From an uncultured Ignavibacteriales bacterium (GTDB lineage Bacteria > Zixibacteria > MSB-5A5 > GN15 > JAAZOE01), in assembly GCA_964611355.1 (NCBI GenBank), contig CAZSYD010000010.1:1-64000 (forward strand): 64,000 nt of DNA. The letters are read 5' to 3'. The position numbers and the translations under genes were made by a program. Below the pieces are notes generated by a model that saw only the letters and a program-made list of their open reading frames with translations, made no database searches and had not been told where the DNA came from. This document shows positions 1-8,481 of this stretch, one piece after another. Each line of letters opens with the position of its first letter. The first letter of the stretch is position 1.

Positions 1-111
1 CTTGTAATTTTTCGATTTTCGGCAGGTCTTGTTGGCGGCGGATTATATTCGGTAAATAAATACTTCCTGTAAGTCGATAATTATAAAGATAGTTGAAATT
101 ATATACTTTCT

Positions 112-1077
112 ATGCAGAAGACAGAAACGCTGACAGACAAGTTCTGGCCTATTTACCTGGAATCGCTTCAGTTAGGCAGTATCCTTGATTTCGACCTGTA
201 TATTAATATAGGGGGAGAAATCGTTCTATACCGGGCTTCCAACATACCTTTTACCGAAAACACGCGGGCCACCCTGCTGGAGAATAACGTCGGCAGGCTC
301 TATATCGCCGCGGATAAATTGCACAGTTATCAAAGGTACGTCGAGGCCAACCTCAATAAGATTATGGAGGATACCTCTATTGATGAGTCCGCCAGGGCCG
401 GAGTGCTGTACGACAGCGCGAAACTGCTTGTCAAGGACGTCCTGAGCAACCCGATTCTTGGGGAGAATATTAAGCGCAGCCAGGCAATGGTGGAATCGAC
501 GGTATCGTTTGTTCTCAAAGGACAGGATACTTTTCATAATCTGCTCCGCGTGATGTCATATGATTATTCTATCTATACTCACTCGATCAATGTCTGCACT
601 TTTTCCCTGGCCCTGGCTTATTTTACCGGAATAAATGACCCTATAGAGCTTAACCGTCTTGGTACGGGGGCTCTCCTTCATGATGTCGGCAAGACCAGGA
701 TTTCGGAATCGATACTTAAAAAACCCGGGCCGCTGACATCGGCGGAAATGGAGATAATAAAAAAGCATCCGGAGTGGGGCGTGGAAATCGTCAGGGAAAC
801 CGGCATGATTTCACAGGAATCATACCATCCTATTATTCAGCATCATGAGCGGGAAGACAAGTCGGGGTATCCGCGCGGGCTCGACGCCGGCGATATTCAT
901 CTCTATAGCAAGATCGTGGCCATTGCCGATGCTTTCGACGCTATGACTACCCGGCGAGTATATCGGTCGGCCGTCGGAACCTTCCCTGCCCTCAGGGCAA
1001 TGTATTCGAAAAAGGGCGCGTTCAATGAACGGCTCTTAGGGGAATTTACCCGGTTAATGGGGCCTTGCGAGCGGTAG
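112..1077 (+). CDS. HD-GYP domain protein (putative c-di-GMP phosphodiesterase)
   Basis: HSINV, LLHDVGK, KKHPEWG, QHHEREDKSGYP and VAIADAFDAMTTRRVYR motifs. Confidence 0.92.
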   Translation: MQKTETLTDKFWPIYLESLQLGSILDFDLYINIGGEIVLYRASNIPFTENTRATLLENNVGRLYIAADKLHSYQRYVEANLNKIMEDTSIDESARAGVLYDSAKLLVKDVLSNPILGENIKRSQAMVESTVSFVLKGQDTFHNLLRVMSYDYSIYTHSINVCTFSLALAYFTGINDPIELNRLGTGALLHDVGKTRISESILKKPGPLTSAEMEIIKKHPEWGVEIVRETGMISQESYHPIIQHHEREDKSGYPRGLDAGDIHLYSKIVAIADAFDAMTTRRVYRSAVGTFPALRAMYSKKGAFNERLLGEFTRLMGPCER

Positions 1078-1134
1078 GCTACTTAAGCATTATGCAGGAT
1101 TTCGATAATTGCGAGCCGATATTGTCAAAGTATC

Positions 1135-1164
1135 AAAAAAAAGCGGCCCATTTGGACCGCTTTT
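1135..1164 (-). terminator. Intrinsic terminator of the PEP-CTERM gene (possibly bidirectional)
   Basis: Minus strand reads GCGGTCCA-AA-TGGGCCGC followed by T8; + strand has T4 after the stem; lies between convergent genes. Confidence 0.75.
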
Positions 1165-1189
1165 CAATAGTCTTCTTTTTTAATTACAT

Positions 1190-1346
1190 TTAGCGTTTCA
1201 TGAAACGGCGGGCAGCCACGCCAATCATACCTATCCCAAAAAGGATTAGAGTAGCCGGTTCGGGAATCGTGGGACCCGGTTCAAGGTCTGAGAAGAAATT
1301 CAGACGGAAGGCCGACTGCACCGTGTACCTTTCGGCAAAGAAGATG
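1190..1346 (-). CDS. PEP-CTERM sorting-domain protein, 3' fragment (5' part lost in the gap)
   Basis: C-terminus TIPEPATLILFGIGMIGVAARRFMKR: PEP motif, TM helix, basic tail. Confidence 0.88.
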
Positions 1347-1446
1347 NNNNNNNNNNNNNNNNNNNNNNNNNNNNNNNNNNNNNNNNNNNNNNNNNNNNNN
1401 NNNNNNNNNNNNNNNNNNNNNNNNNNNNNNNNNNNNNNNNNNNNNN
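1347..1446. other. Assembly gap (100 N)
   Basis: Run of N; true size and adjacency unknown. Confidence 1.
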
Positions 1447-1643
1447 ATGGCAATGCGGTAAATCTAACCGGCTGTATTGTCCAAATTCTGGACAAAAATA
1501 TGGATATACCAATTCTGTCCCCGGCGAATGTTTTTATCTACCGGGATAACCTAAAAGATATACGCCGCGCACTTGAGTTTGCCGAAATAGACAATCGGCA
1601 AAAACATCTCCGTGCACTTGTAATTTCCGGCAAAAACGTTTAA
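1447..1643 (+). CDS. Probable 3' fragment of a hypothetical protein
   Basis: Open frame from the gap to TAA at 1643, 40 bp before the asparaginase; no recognisable motif. Confidence 0.35.
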
Positions 1644-1683
1644 TTGCGGCGAGAAAAAAGGACTCAAATATCGGAAATATGAC

Positions 1684-2691
1684 ATGCATGAAATCGTAGC
1701 CAGAGTTTATAGAGGCGAGGGGCTGGAATCGGTTCATCATGGGGCGATTGCGGTTGTCAATACAAAAGGCGAACTGACGCATTACATCGGCGACGTTGAG
1801 TTTCCAACGCAGGCCCGCAGCGAAGCTAAGCCGTTCCAGGCGATTCCACTTTTCAGAAGCGGCGCGGCCGACCATTACGGTTTTACCGACAAGCAACTGG
1901 CTATCATGTGCGGCTCGCATATCGGAACTCAAGAACACGTCGAGACGATTAAATCGATTTTAGAAAAGATCGGTCTCGATGAATCGTATCTGCATTGCGG
2001 CACGCATCCGCCGCTTTATTATTTGGTCGAAAAACGTCTGCCGCGATCGGACGAAGTTTTTTCGCCTCTGCAGCATAACTGTTCGGGTAAACATTCCGGT
2101 TTTCTGGCCCTGTCGCAATACCTGAAGGAAGACCCGGCCAAATATCTCGATCCCGAAAGCAGGGTACAGCAGATGGTTCTCGACGCCGTCAGCGAAATGT
2201 ACGATTATCCAAAAGAAAAAATCACCATCGGTATCGACGGCTGCAGCGCGCCGGTTTTCGGTATGCCGATCAAACAGGCGGCAATCGGTTTCGTCCGCCT
2301 GACCAACCAGGTAACTGAAAACCCTGAATTAAGGACAGTTCTTGGACGCATCAAAAAAGCAATGACAACTCATCCGGAGATGGTTTCAGGCGAAGGTCGT
2401 TTCGATCTGGCTCTGGCGCGGACTTTTCCCGGCAATGTTGTCAATAAAGTCGGGGCCGAAGGTATTGAGGGTATCGGTTTTTCCGATCCGCCGCTGGGTA
2501 TCGCGGTCAAGATTCTCGACGGCAACGCGCGGGCGTTGTATCCGGTGGTAATAGAAGTGCTCAAGCAACTCGGTTTGCTCAACAAAGTCTATATGACTCA
2601 TCTTGAGCCTTTCGTCAATCCCGAAATCCGCAATTATCGCAACCTTCTCGTGGGCCGGATTGTTACCGATTTTGAGTTGAAAAAGGCATGA
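1684..2691 (+). CDS. L-asparaginase II (Rhizobium etli AnsA-type)
   Basis: ESVHHG, RSEAKPFQA, CGSH, HNCSGKHSG, DGCSAP, KVGAEG and KILDG motifs. Confidence 0.9.
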   Translation: MHEIVARVYRGEGLESVHHGAIAVVNTKGELTHYIGDVEFPTQARSEAKPFQAIPLFRSGAADHYGFTDKQLAIMCGSHIGTQEHVETIKSILEKIGLDESYLHCGTHPPLYYLVEKRLPRSDEVFSPLQHNCSGKHSGFLALSQYLKEDPAKYLDPESRVQQMVLDAVSEMYDYPKEKITIGIDGCSAPVFGMPIKQAAIGFVRLTNQVTENPELRTVLGRIKKAMTTHPEMVSGEGRFDLALARTFPGNVVNKVGAEGIEGIGFSDPPLGIAVKILDGNARALYPVVIEVLKQLGLLNKVYMTHLEPFVNPEIRNYRNLLVGRIVTDFELKKA

Positions 2692-2738
2692 TTTTCGATA
2701 TATTGGGATAATGTTTTTTCATACTGGAGAGAGGGAAT

Positions 2739-4145
2739 ATGTCAAAAAGACCGATTGAACCGTTTCGCATAAAAGTTACCGAACCTATCAGCCTTTTGCC
2801 CAAAAAAGAACGGGAGAAAAAAATAGAAGAAGCCGGGTTCAACGTTTTCAAACTGAGAGCAGAGGATATCTTTATCGATTTTTTGACCGACTCCGGCACC
2901 GGCGCGCTGTCGCAATACCAGATGGCGGCCCTGATGATCGGTGATGAATCTTATGCCGGAGGCCGCAACTGGTATCATTTTGAGGAAACGATAAAAGATA
3001 TTTTTCAAAAGAAATTCGTCATACCCTGTCACCAGGGCCGGGTGGCGGAAAATATATTTTTCTCGACTGTTCTCAAGCGTGGCGACTACGTACCCAACAA
3101 CACCCATTTCGACACGACCCGCGCGAATACCATGCACAAAGGGGGGATACCGGTTGATCTGCCGTGCTCCGAGCTTGACGATGACTCTTCCGATTTTCCG
3201 TTCAAGGGTAACATGGATACCGTCGGCCTGCAGGAGTTGATAGATAAAGTCGGGCCGAAAAAGATACCGGTGGTGGTCATGACGATGACCAATAACTCGG
3301 TCGGCGGCCAGCCGGTGTCGATGGAGAACATCAGCGAAGTCCGGCGGATTTGTGACCAGTATAACATTCCTCTTGTTTTTGACGCCGCCCGTTTTGCCGA
3401 AAACGCTTACTTTATCAAGAAGCACGAACCTGAATTTCAGAATCGCAGCGTAAAATTGATCGCTCAACAGGTGTGCGCCATGGCCGACGGGATTATGATG
3501 TCGGCCAAAAAAGACGGTCTGGCGAATATGGGCGGATTCCTGGCCGTCAATGATGAGCAACTATCCGTAAAATTGAAAGAACTTTTAATTCTAATTGAAG
3601 GTTTCCCGACCTATGGCGGCTTAAGCGGACGCGACCTTGAGACGATTGCGGTTGGCTTGAAAGAAGGTCTTGACGAGGATTACCTGGCTTATCGCGTTGG
3701 GCAGATTGAATATTTTGGAGCTATTCTTCAGGATGCCGGTCTGCCGATTGTTACTCCGACCGGCGGTCATGCCGTTTTTGCCGACGCCGGGAAACTCCTT
3801 CCGCATATTGAAACGCAGCAGTTCCCCGGACAGTCATTGGCAATAGAGATTTATCGTCGGGGAGGTATCCGGGCGGTCGAATTAGGCTCGCTCATGTTCG
3901 GCGGAGTCGATCCCAACACCGGTGAGAAACTGAAACCGAAACGCGAACTGGTCCGAATGGCCGTCCCGCGCCGAATGTACACATGCAGCCATTTTGAGTA
4001 TGTCGCCGACATAATCTCCGAAATCGTCAAAGATAAAGATAAGCTGCGCGGGTATGAAATAGTCCATGAACCGCGATACCTGAGGCATTTTACCTGCACT
4101 ATGCAGGAGTTGATTGAAAATCCGGCAGGGACATTGTCCACCTGA
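2739..4145 (+). CDS. tnaA: Tryptophanase (tryptophan indole-lyase)
   Basis: EPFRIK, DFLTDSGT, PLP lysine in SAKKDG; HFDTT and LRHFT carry the Trpase-type Asp/His rather than the TPL-type Thr/Phe. Confidence 0.9.
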   Translation: MSKRPIEPFRIKVTEPISLLPKKEREKKIEEAGFNVFKLRAEDIFIDFLTDSGTGALSQYQMAALMIGDESYAGGRNWYHFEETIKDIFQKKFVIPCHQGRVAENIFFSTVLKRGDYVPNNTHFDTTRANTMHKGGIPVDLPCSELDDDSSDFPFKGNMDTVGLQELIDKVGPKKIPVVVMTMTNNSVGGQPVSMENISEVRRICDQYNIPLVFDAARFAENAYFIKKHEPEFQNRSVKLIAQQVCAMADGIMMSAKKDGLANMGGFLAVNDEQLSVKLKELLILIEGFPTYGGLSGRDLETIAVGLKEGLDEDYLAYRVGQIEYFGAILQDAGLPIVTPTGGHAVFADAGKLLPHIETQQFPGQSLAIEIYRRGGIRAVELGSLMFGGVDPNTGEKLKPKRELVRMAVPRRMYTCSHFEYVADIISEIVKDKDKLRGYEIVHEPRYLRHFTCTMQELIENPAGTLST

Positions 4146-4147
4146 GA

Positions 4148-4177
4148 ACTAAAGTTGAAAATCGGTTCAACTTTAGT
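4148..4177 (+). terminator. Hairpin directly after the tnaA stop
   Basis: Perfect 12-bp inverted repeat ACTAAAGTTGAA-aatcgg-TTCAACTTTAGT; no strong U-tract. Confidence 0.45.
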
Positions 4178-4331
4178 GGCTCATTCTGCCGTTTCCAATT
4201 ATTAAATCAACGGAACCTGTATCTCCTTTATTTGTTAAATAGCTGAGAATTAGAATGATAGAAAAATAGCTGACCTGATATCGGGTTTGGGCCGGTAATT
4301 TGCATTATAACCGGCGGAACAGGCTATTTGC

Positions 4332-4360
4332 TTGACAAAACGGACGTAAATTATTAAACT
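4332..4360 (+). promoter_or_regulatory. Sigma70-type promoter of the porU cluster
   Basis: TTGACA-N17-TAAACT. Confidence 0.65.
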
Positions 4361-4566
4361 GCAAGGTTTATTAGACGTCGTATAAAATAAGGAGATACTA
4401 TCGAGCGTAGTTAAAGGGTTTAAATTGGAGAAATAGAGGTAATCCGTAATGTTGTCGGCGGATTGGCCCCGTATATGGAAATTGATTTGATGTACCCTTT
4501 GGCTGCGGTTGGATGGTATTTATTGTCCGACCGTGTTGAGGGCTTTTGCCCAAACATGGTTTTTTA

Positions 4567-7500
4567 ATGATAATAAAGAAGGCGTCAAAACCCTGCCCTG
4601 AATTCAAGATCGCAATTATCTTTGCGACTTTGCTTACCGCGTCGATCTGCTATTCCGGGAACGGTTCCATTTATTCCGGTTTTGATGTCCGACATGTGTC
4701 GCCGGATCATTTGACCATTAATTACAGTCCGAGTTTTTCGGATGATCTCTTGTCATTCCATGGGGCGGATCTGATCAGGTTAAACGGCAAAGACGTCTGG
4801 GGAAGGGTTTTTCTGGTTGCCGTGCCTCCCGATGGCGATCTGGATTTTTCAGTCAATTTCAGGCCCAACGGAACGACGGAAGCTCCCCCTGACGGTCGCT
4901 TCATTACCGGCGAAAACCCGCTGGTTATTCGCGGTTCAACTATCGAAGCCCGCCGTCATCGAATTGCAAGGATGTATGTATTTCCCCAGCGGCTTGAAGA
5001 AGGACGGCTGGCTGCATATACGGATATTGAAATAGATATATATTTCGCTGTCGGGAACAAAGCTGAGATACCGGTTCACCTTTCCCGATTGGATTCGGTC
5101 CTCGCAACCGCCGTTGTCAACCCCGACCAGTTTTTCAGCTTTGGCGCGTCTCCCCGGCCAATAGCGGCCTATAAAAAACTGACCGGCATGTTTGATAACT
5201 CGGCGCAGTGGCTTAAGGTTACCGTTAATGAAAACGGCGTTACCCGGATTGGCGGCAGCGATCTTCAGCAGTCGGGAATCAGTCTGACTAATCTGTCATC
5301 CGATTCAATCAGGATATTTTATGCCGGTGGTAAAAACCCGCCTGAAGACCCATCCGATGCCGATCCGGAGCTTTACCAAATAGCGATTAGTGTTGAAGCC
5401 GGCGGCGATGGGAAAATTGATGTCGGCGACAATATACTTTTCTACGCCGAAGCGCCAAGCCGTTTTGAATATGAAAGCGGAAAGCCGGAGTATCTGAAAA
5501 ATCCTTACAATGACCGTAATTACTACTGGCTGGCAGTTGGGGGTTACGCCGGTATAGCACCCTTGCGCTGGGAGTATAAAGACGGTTCTCCCTCTACAAC
5601 TCCCGATCACCTTGTTATCGCGACCCGTCAAATGGTGCGCGTTGAACAGGATAATCTTCTCGATTCGGACGGCGGCTCCATCTGGAATTATTACGACTGG
5701 TATTGGTCAGGTCAGGAAGCGATAAGCGTTTCGGTCAACCTGCCCGGTCTTTCGCCCGGTGATTCCATCGATATCGCCATGAAAGCTATCGGCGGTTTTG
5801 TCGGCACCGACATCACGCTGAACGGCACCCTGATGAACAGGTATTACGAATACGGCAATCGTTATTGGGATAAATCGGGCGCCGCTGTACCCGGGCTTAA
5901 CAGCTTGCAGATTGCCGTGAAGCCGCATGGTTCCGGCACCTATCTCGATTATCTCGATATTTCATATCTGATGCGGCTTCATTACGGCAACGATCAGATT
6001 GATTTCAATTCGTCCGGTTATTCCGGGCTTCTGCGTTACCGGGTAACCGGTTTCAATTCGTCGTTGTCGGCGCTGGATATAACCGATCCCGACCGACCGG
6101 CTCTGGTTAACGGAGTCGAGGTCAGCGGCGATACGGCCCAATTTCAGTTTCTTACCGGTGAAACGGCGGCGTCACGGTTTATAGCTTACGCGTCAGGTGA
6201 TGTCAAATCTCCAACGGCTGTGGAGAAGATGGAAATCCCCGGCTTGAGAACTGATTTGACGCAATACGATTGCGTTGTGATATCGCCGCGCGGTTTCCAG
6301 GAGGCACTCCAGGAATATGTTGCCTGTCGTCAGGCAACCGGCGGTTATAGGATCAAACTGGCGGCTCTTGAAGATATTTACGATAGTTTTGGTTTTGGTC
6401 TGGAATCGCCGATGGCGATTCGCAGTTATCTCAAGTACGCCTACGATAGTTGCGATGCCCCGGCTCCGTACGCGGTGGTGCTGGTCGGCGACGGCCATTA
6501 CGATTACCTCGACAATATGGGCCGTCATGTTTCTTCCTATGTTCCTCCCTATATCTGGTCCAAGGTAACTTCTACCGGTGATGATAACTACGTTTATTTC
6601 GGGAAAATCGACTGGCTTGATTCCGACAGCAGCCACATATATGTTCCGGATCGGGGCTGGGATATGATGATAGCCCGCTGGCCGGTCAGGTCGTCGGCAG
6701 AGGTATCCGATTATATCGCCAAATTGAAAAACTACGAGTCCGATGAAACAAAAGGAAGCTGGCGCAGCCGGATTACCTATGTCGCCGACGATGAATTCAA
6801 AGGCGAAAGTTCGAGCGAAATCATTCATACTGCCATGGCGGAAACGCTGGCGGTATTTCATACGCCGGCGGAATTCGTCAAGCAGAAAATCTACCTGACC
6901 GAATACCCTTTTGCCGCAAATGGAGAAAAACCGTCGGTCAATGACGCCATAATCAGGGCGGTCAATGAAGGAACATTAATTTTGAATTATATCGGGCACG
7001 GTTCGCCTGAAGTTTGGGCTGACGAGCATGTCCTGAAGAAATCGGCTGACCTGAACCGGATGAATAACAGCGATAAATTAGCCGTTGTGATTGCCGCCTC
7101 CTGTTCCATCGGCTTTTTCGATTCGCCCGACATGGAGAGCATGGCGGAGATTATGTTTCGTCAGCAGGGCGGGGCGGTAACGACCGTATCGGCAATGCGA
7201 ATGGTTTACGCCGGCGACAACTCGGTTTTCAATTATGATCTTTATGACGCCGTCTTTGCCGGCCGGTATAATATCAGCGAAGCCGTTTTTACAACCAAGA
7301 TGCTGCATCAATATGACAACGACTTTTCACTGATTCAAAACGATCGATCCTACGTGGTTTTTGGTGACCCGCTGGGCCGCCTGGGCCTGCCGGAGCGCCG
7401 CCTGGAAATCGTACCGGAAGACGGCGACGAGTTGATTCCGCTCGAAAGTTTTGTCTTCACCGGCCGGGTAACGGACACCGCCGGTAATACCGTTCCGGTG

Positions 7501-8442
7501 GAAGGCACGGTTGAAATCACGGTGTACGATTCGCCGATCATCAGGCATCACCGTCTGGGTCTCGATTATTCCCTGACCGGCCCGGTGATTTTCCGCGGGC
7601 CGGTGGAGGTTAAGAGCGGACTCTTTGGCGGTCAGTTTATGGTTCCGCTTGATGTCGATTACGGCGGTAGCGCCGCTCGCATTTCGGGCTATGGTTCGCT
7701 CGGTGTTGCCTCGGCTCTCGGCGGACTTGATTCGCTGGAAATCTCCGAAAATATATCCGCCACCACCGATAATTCCGGGCCGGATATTGTCTATTCGATT
7801 GAAGAAGCTCCGGGGTTTATCTCGGGCGGCAGGATTCCGGCCGACGCCACGCTCGTACTGGAGATATCCGACAATTCGGGCATCAATCTGACCGGCGGAC
7901 TGGGGCATCGGGTTGAGTTGATCTTCGATAACGACAACAACACGACCGTTAACCTGACCGATATGTTCAGTTATTATTCCGGGAGCTATCAAACGGGAGA
8001 GATACGTTTCACCCTGCCCGATCTGACCCCGGAGATGCATGTTTTCAAAGTCAAAGCCTGGGATAATGCCAATAATCCCGCCGTGGTTGAGTTTGAAGCG
8101 ATCCCGTCTCAGGAGGGGCGAATTGCGATTCACAGCCTTATGAACTACCCCAATCCGATGGAGGAAGCGACCGAGTTTTTCTTCGAGCTTTCGGAATCGG
8201 CCGAGTCGGTGGAACTTAAGATATTTACACTTTCGGGAAAGATGATAAAAGGCTTCCGAGAGGAAAATCCGGTAGTCGGACGAAACCGCCTGTTTTACTG
8301 GAATGGATGTGACGCAGACGGCGATCGAATTGCCGAGGGAGTATATATCTATAAGCTTACCGCTCGAGGCCGGGTTGTTTCGAAGGGGTCATCGGCCGAT
8401 AATATAGCTGAGGTTTTCGGCAAGCTTGTTCTGCTCAATTAA
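4567..8442 (+). CDS. porU: T9SS sortase PorU (peptidase C25) with C-terminal sorting domain
   Basis: Signal peptide from ATG 4567 (start uncertain), C25 motifs LVGDG, YVADD, NYIGHG (His), AASCSIG (Cys), FGDP, KAWDNANN, CTD NYPNP...GVYIYKL; directly upstream of porV. Confidence 0.88.
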   Translation: MIIKKASKPCPEFKIAIIFATLLTASICYSGNGSIYSGFDVRHVSPDHLTINYSPSFSDDLLSFHGADLIRLNGKDVWGRVFLVAVPPDGDLDFSVNFRPNGTTEAPPDGRFITGENPLVIRGSTIEARRHRIARMYVFPQRLEEGRLAAYTDIEIDIYFAVGNKAEIPVHLSRLDSVLATAVVNPDQFFSFGASPRPIAAYKKLTGMFDNSAQWLKVTVNENGVTRIGGSDLQQSGISLTNLSSDSIRIFYAGGKNPPEDPSDADPELYQIAISVEAGGDGKIDVGDNILFYAEAPSRFEYESGKPEYLKNPYNDRNYYWLAVGGYAGIAPLRWEYKDGSPSTTPDHLVIATRQMVRVEQDNLLDSDGGSIWNYYDWYWSGQEAISVSVNLPGLSPGDSIDIAMKAIGGFVGTDITLNGTLMNRYYEYGNRYWDKSGAAVPGLNSLQIAVKPHGSGTYLDYLDISYLMRLHYGNDQIDFNSSGYSGLLRYRVTGFNSSLSALDITDPDRPALVNGVEVSGDTAQFQFLTGETAASRFIAYASGDVKSPTAVEKMEIPGLRTDLTQYDCVVISPRGFQEALQEYVACRQATGGYRIKLAALEDIYDSFGFGLESPMAIRSYLKYAYDSCDAPAPYAVVLVGDGHYDYLDNMGRHVSSYVPPYIWSKVTSTGDDNYVYFGKIDWLDSDSSHIYVPDRGWDMMIARWPVRSSAEVSDYIAKLKNYESDETKGSWRSRITYVADDEFKGESSSEIIHTAMAETLAVFHTPAEFVKQKIYLTEYPFAANGEKPSVNDAIIRAVNEGTLILNYIGHGSPEVWADEHVLKKSADLNRMNNSDKLAVVIAASCSIGFFDSPDMESMAEIMFRQQGGAVTTVSAMRMVYAGDNSVFNYDLYDAVFAGRYNISEAVFTTKMLHQYDNDFSLIQNDRSYVVFGDPLGRLGLPERRLEIVPEDGDELIPLESFVFTGRVTDTAGNTVPVEGTVEITVYDSPIIRHHRLGLDYSLTGPVIFRGPVEVKSGLFGGQFMVPLDVDYGGSAARISGYGSLGVASALGGLDSLEISENISATTDNSGPDIVYSIEEAPGFISGGRIPADATLVLEISDNSGINLTGGLGHRVELIFDNDNNTTVNLTDMFSYYSGSYQTGEIRFTLPDLTPEMHVFKVKAWDNANNPAVVEFEAIPSQEGRIAIHSLMNYPNPMEEATEFFFELSESAESVELKIFTLSGKMIKGFREENPVVGRNRLFYWNGCDADGDRIAEGVYIYKLTARGRVVSKGSSADNIAEVFGKLVLLN

Positions 8443-8481
8443 CGACTTATTGTGATTTGGTCTATTTTTGGAGTGATTGTT

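Noticed and set aside
1190..1643. ORF-track entries spanning the N run
   Set aside because: The frame across an arbitrary 100-N gap is meaningless; only the flanking fragments are reported
2739..4145. Tyrosine phenol-lyase assignment
   Set aside because: Specificity residues (FDTT, RHFT) match tryptophanase
4288..4304. Sigma54-like GG-N10-GC site
   Set aside because: Poor match to TGGCAC, and a near-consensus sigma70 promoter lies just downstream
4449..4484. Trp-containing mini-ORF MLSADWPRIWN as a TnaC-like leader
   Set aside because: Lies downstream of tnaA in the porU leader; no attenuator structure seen
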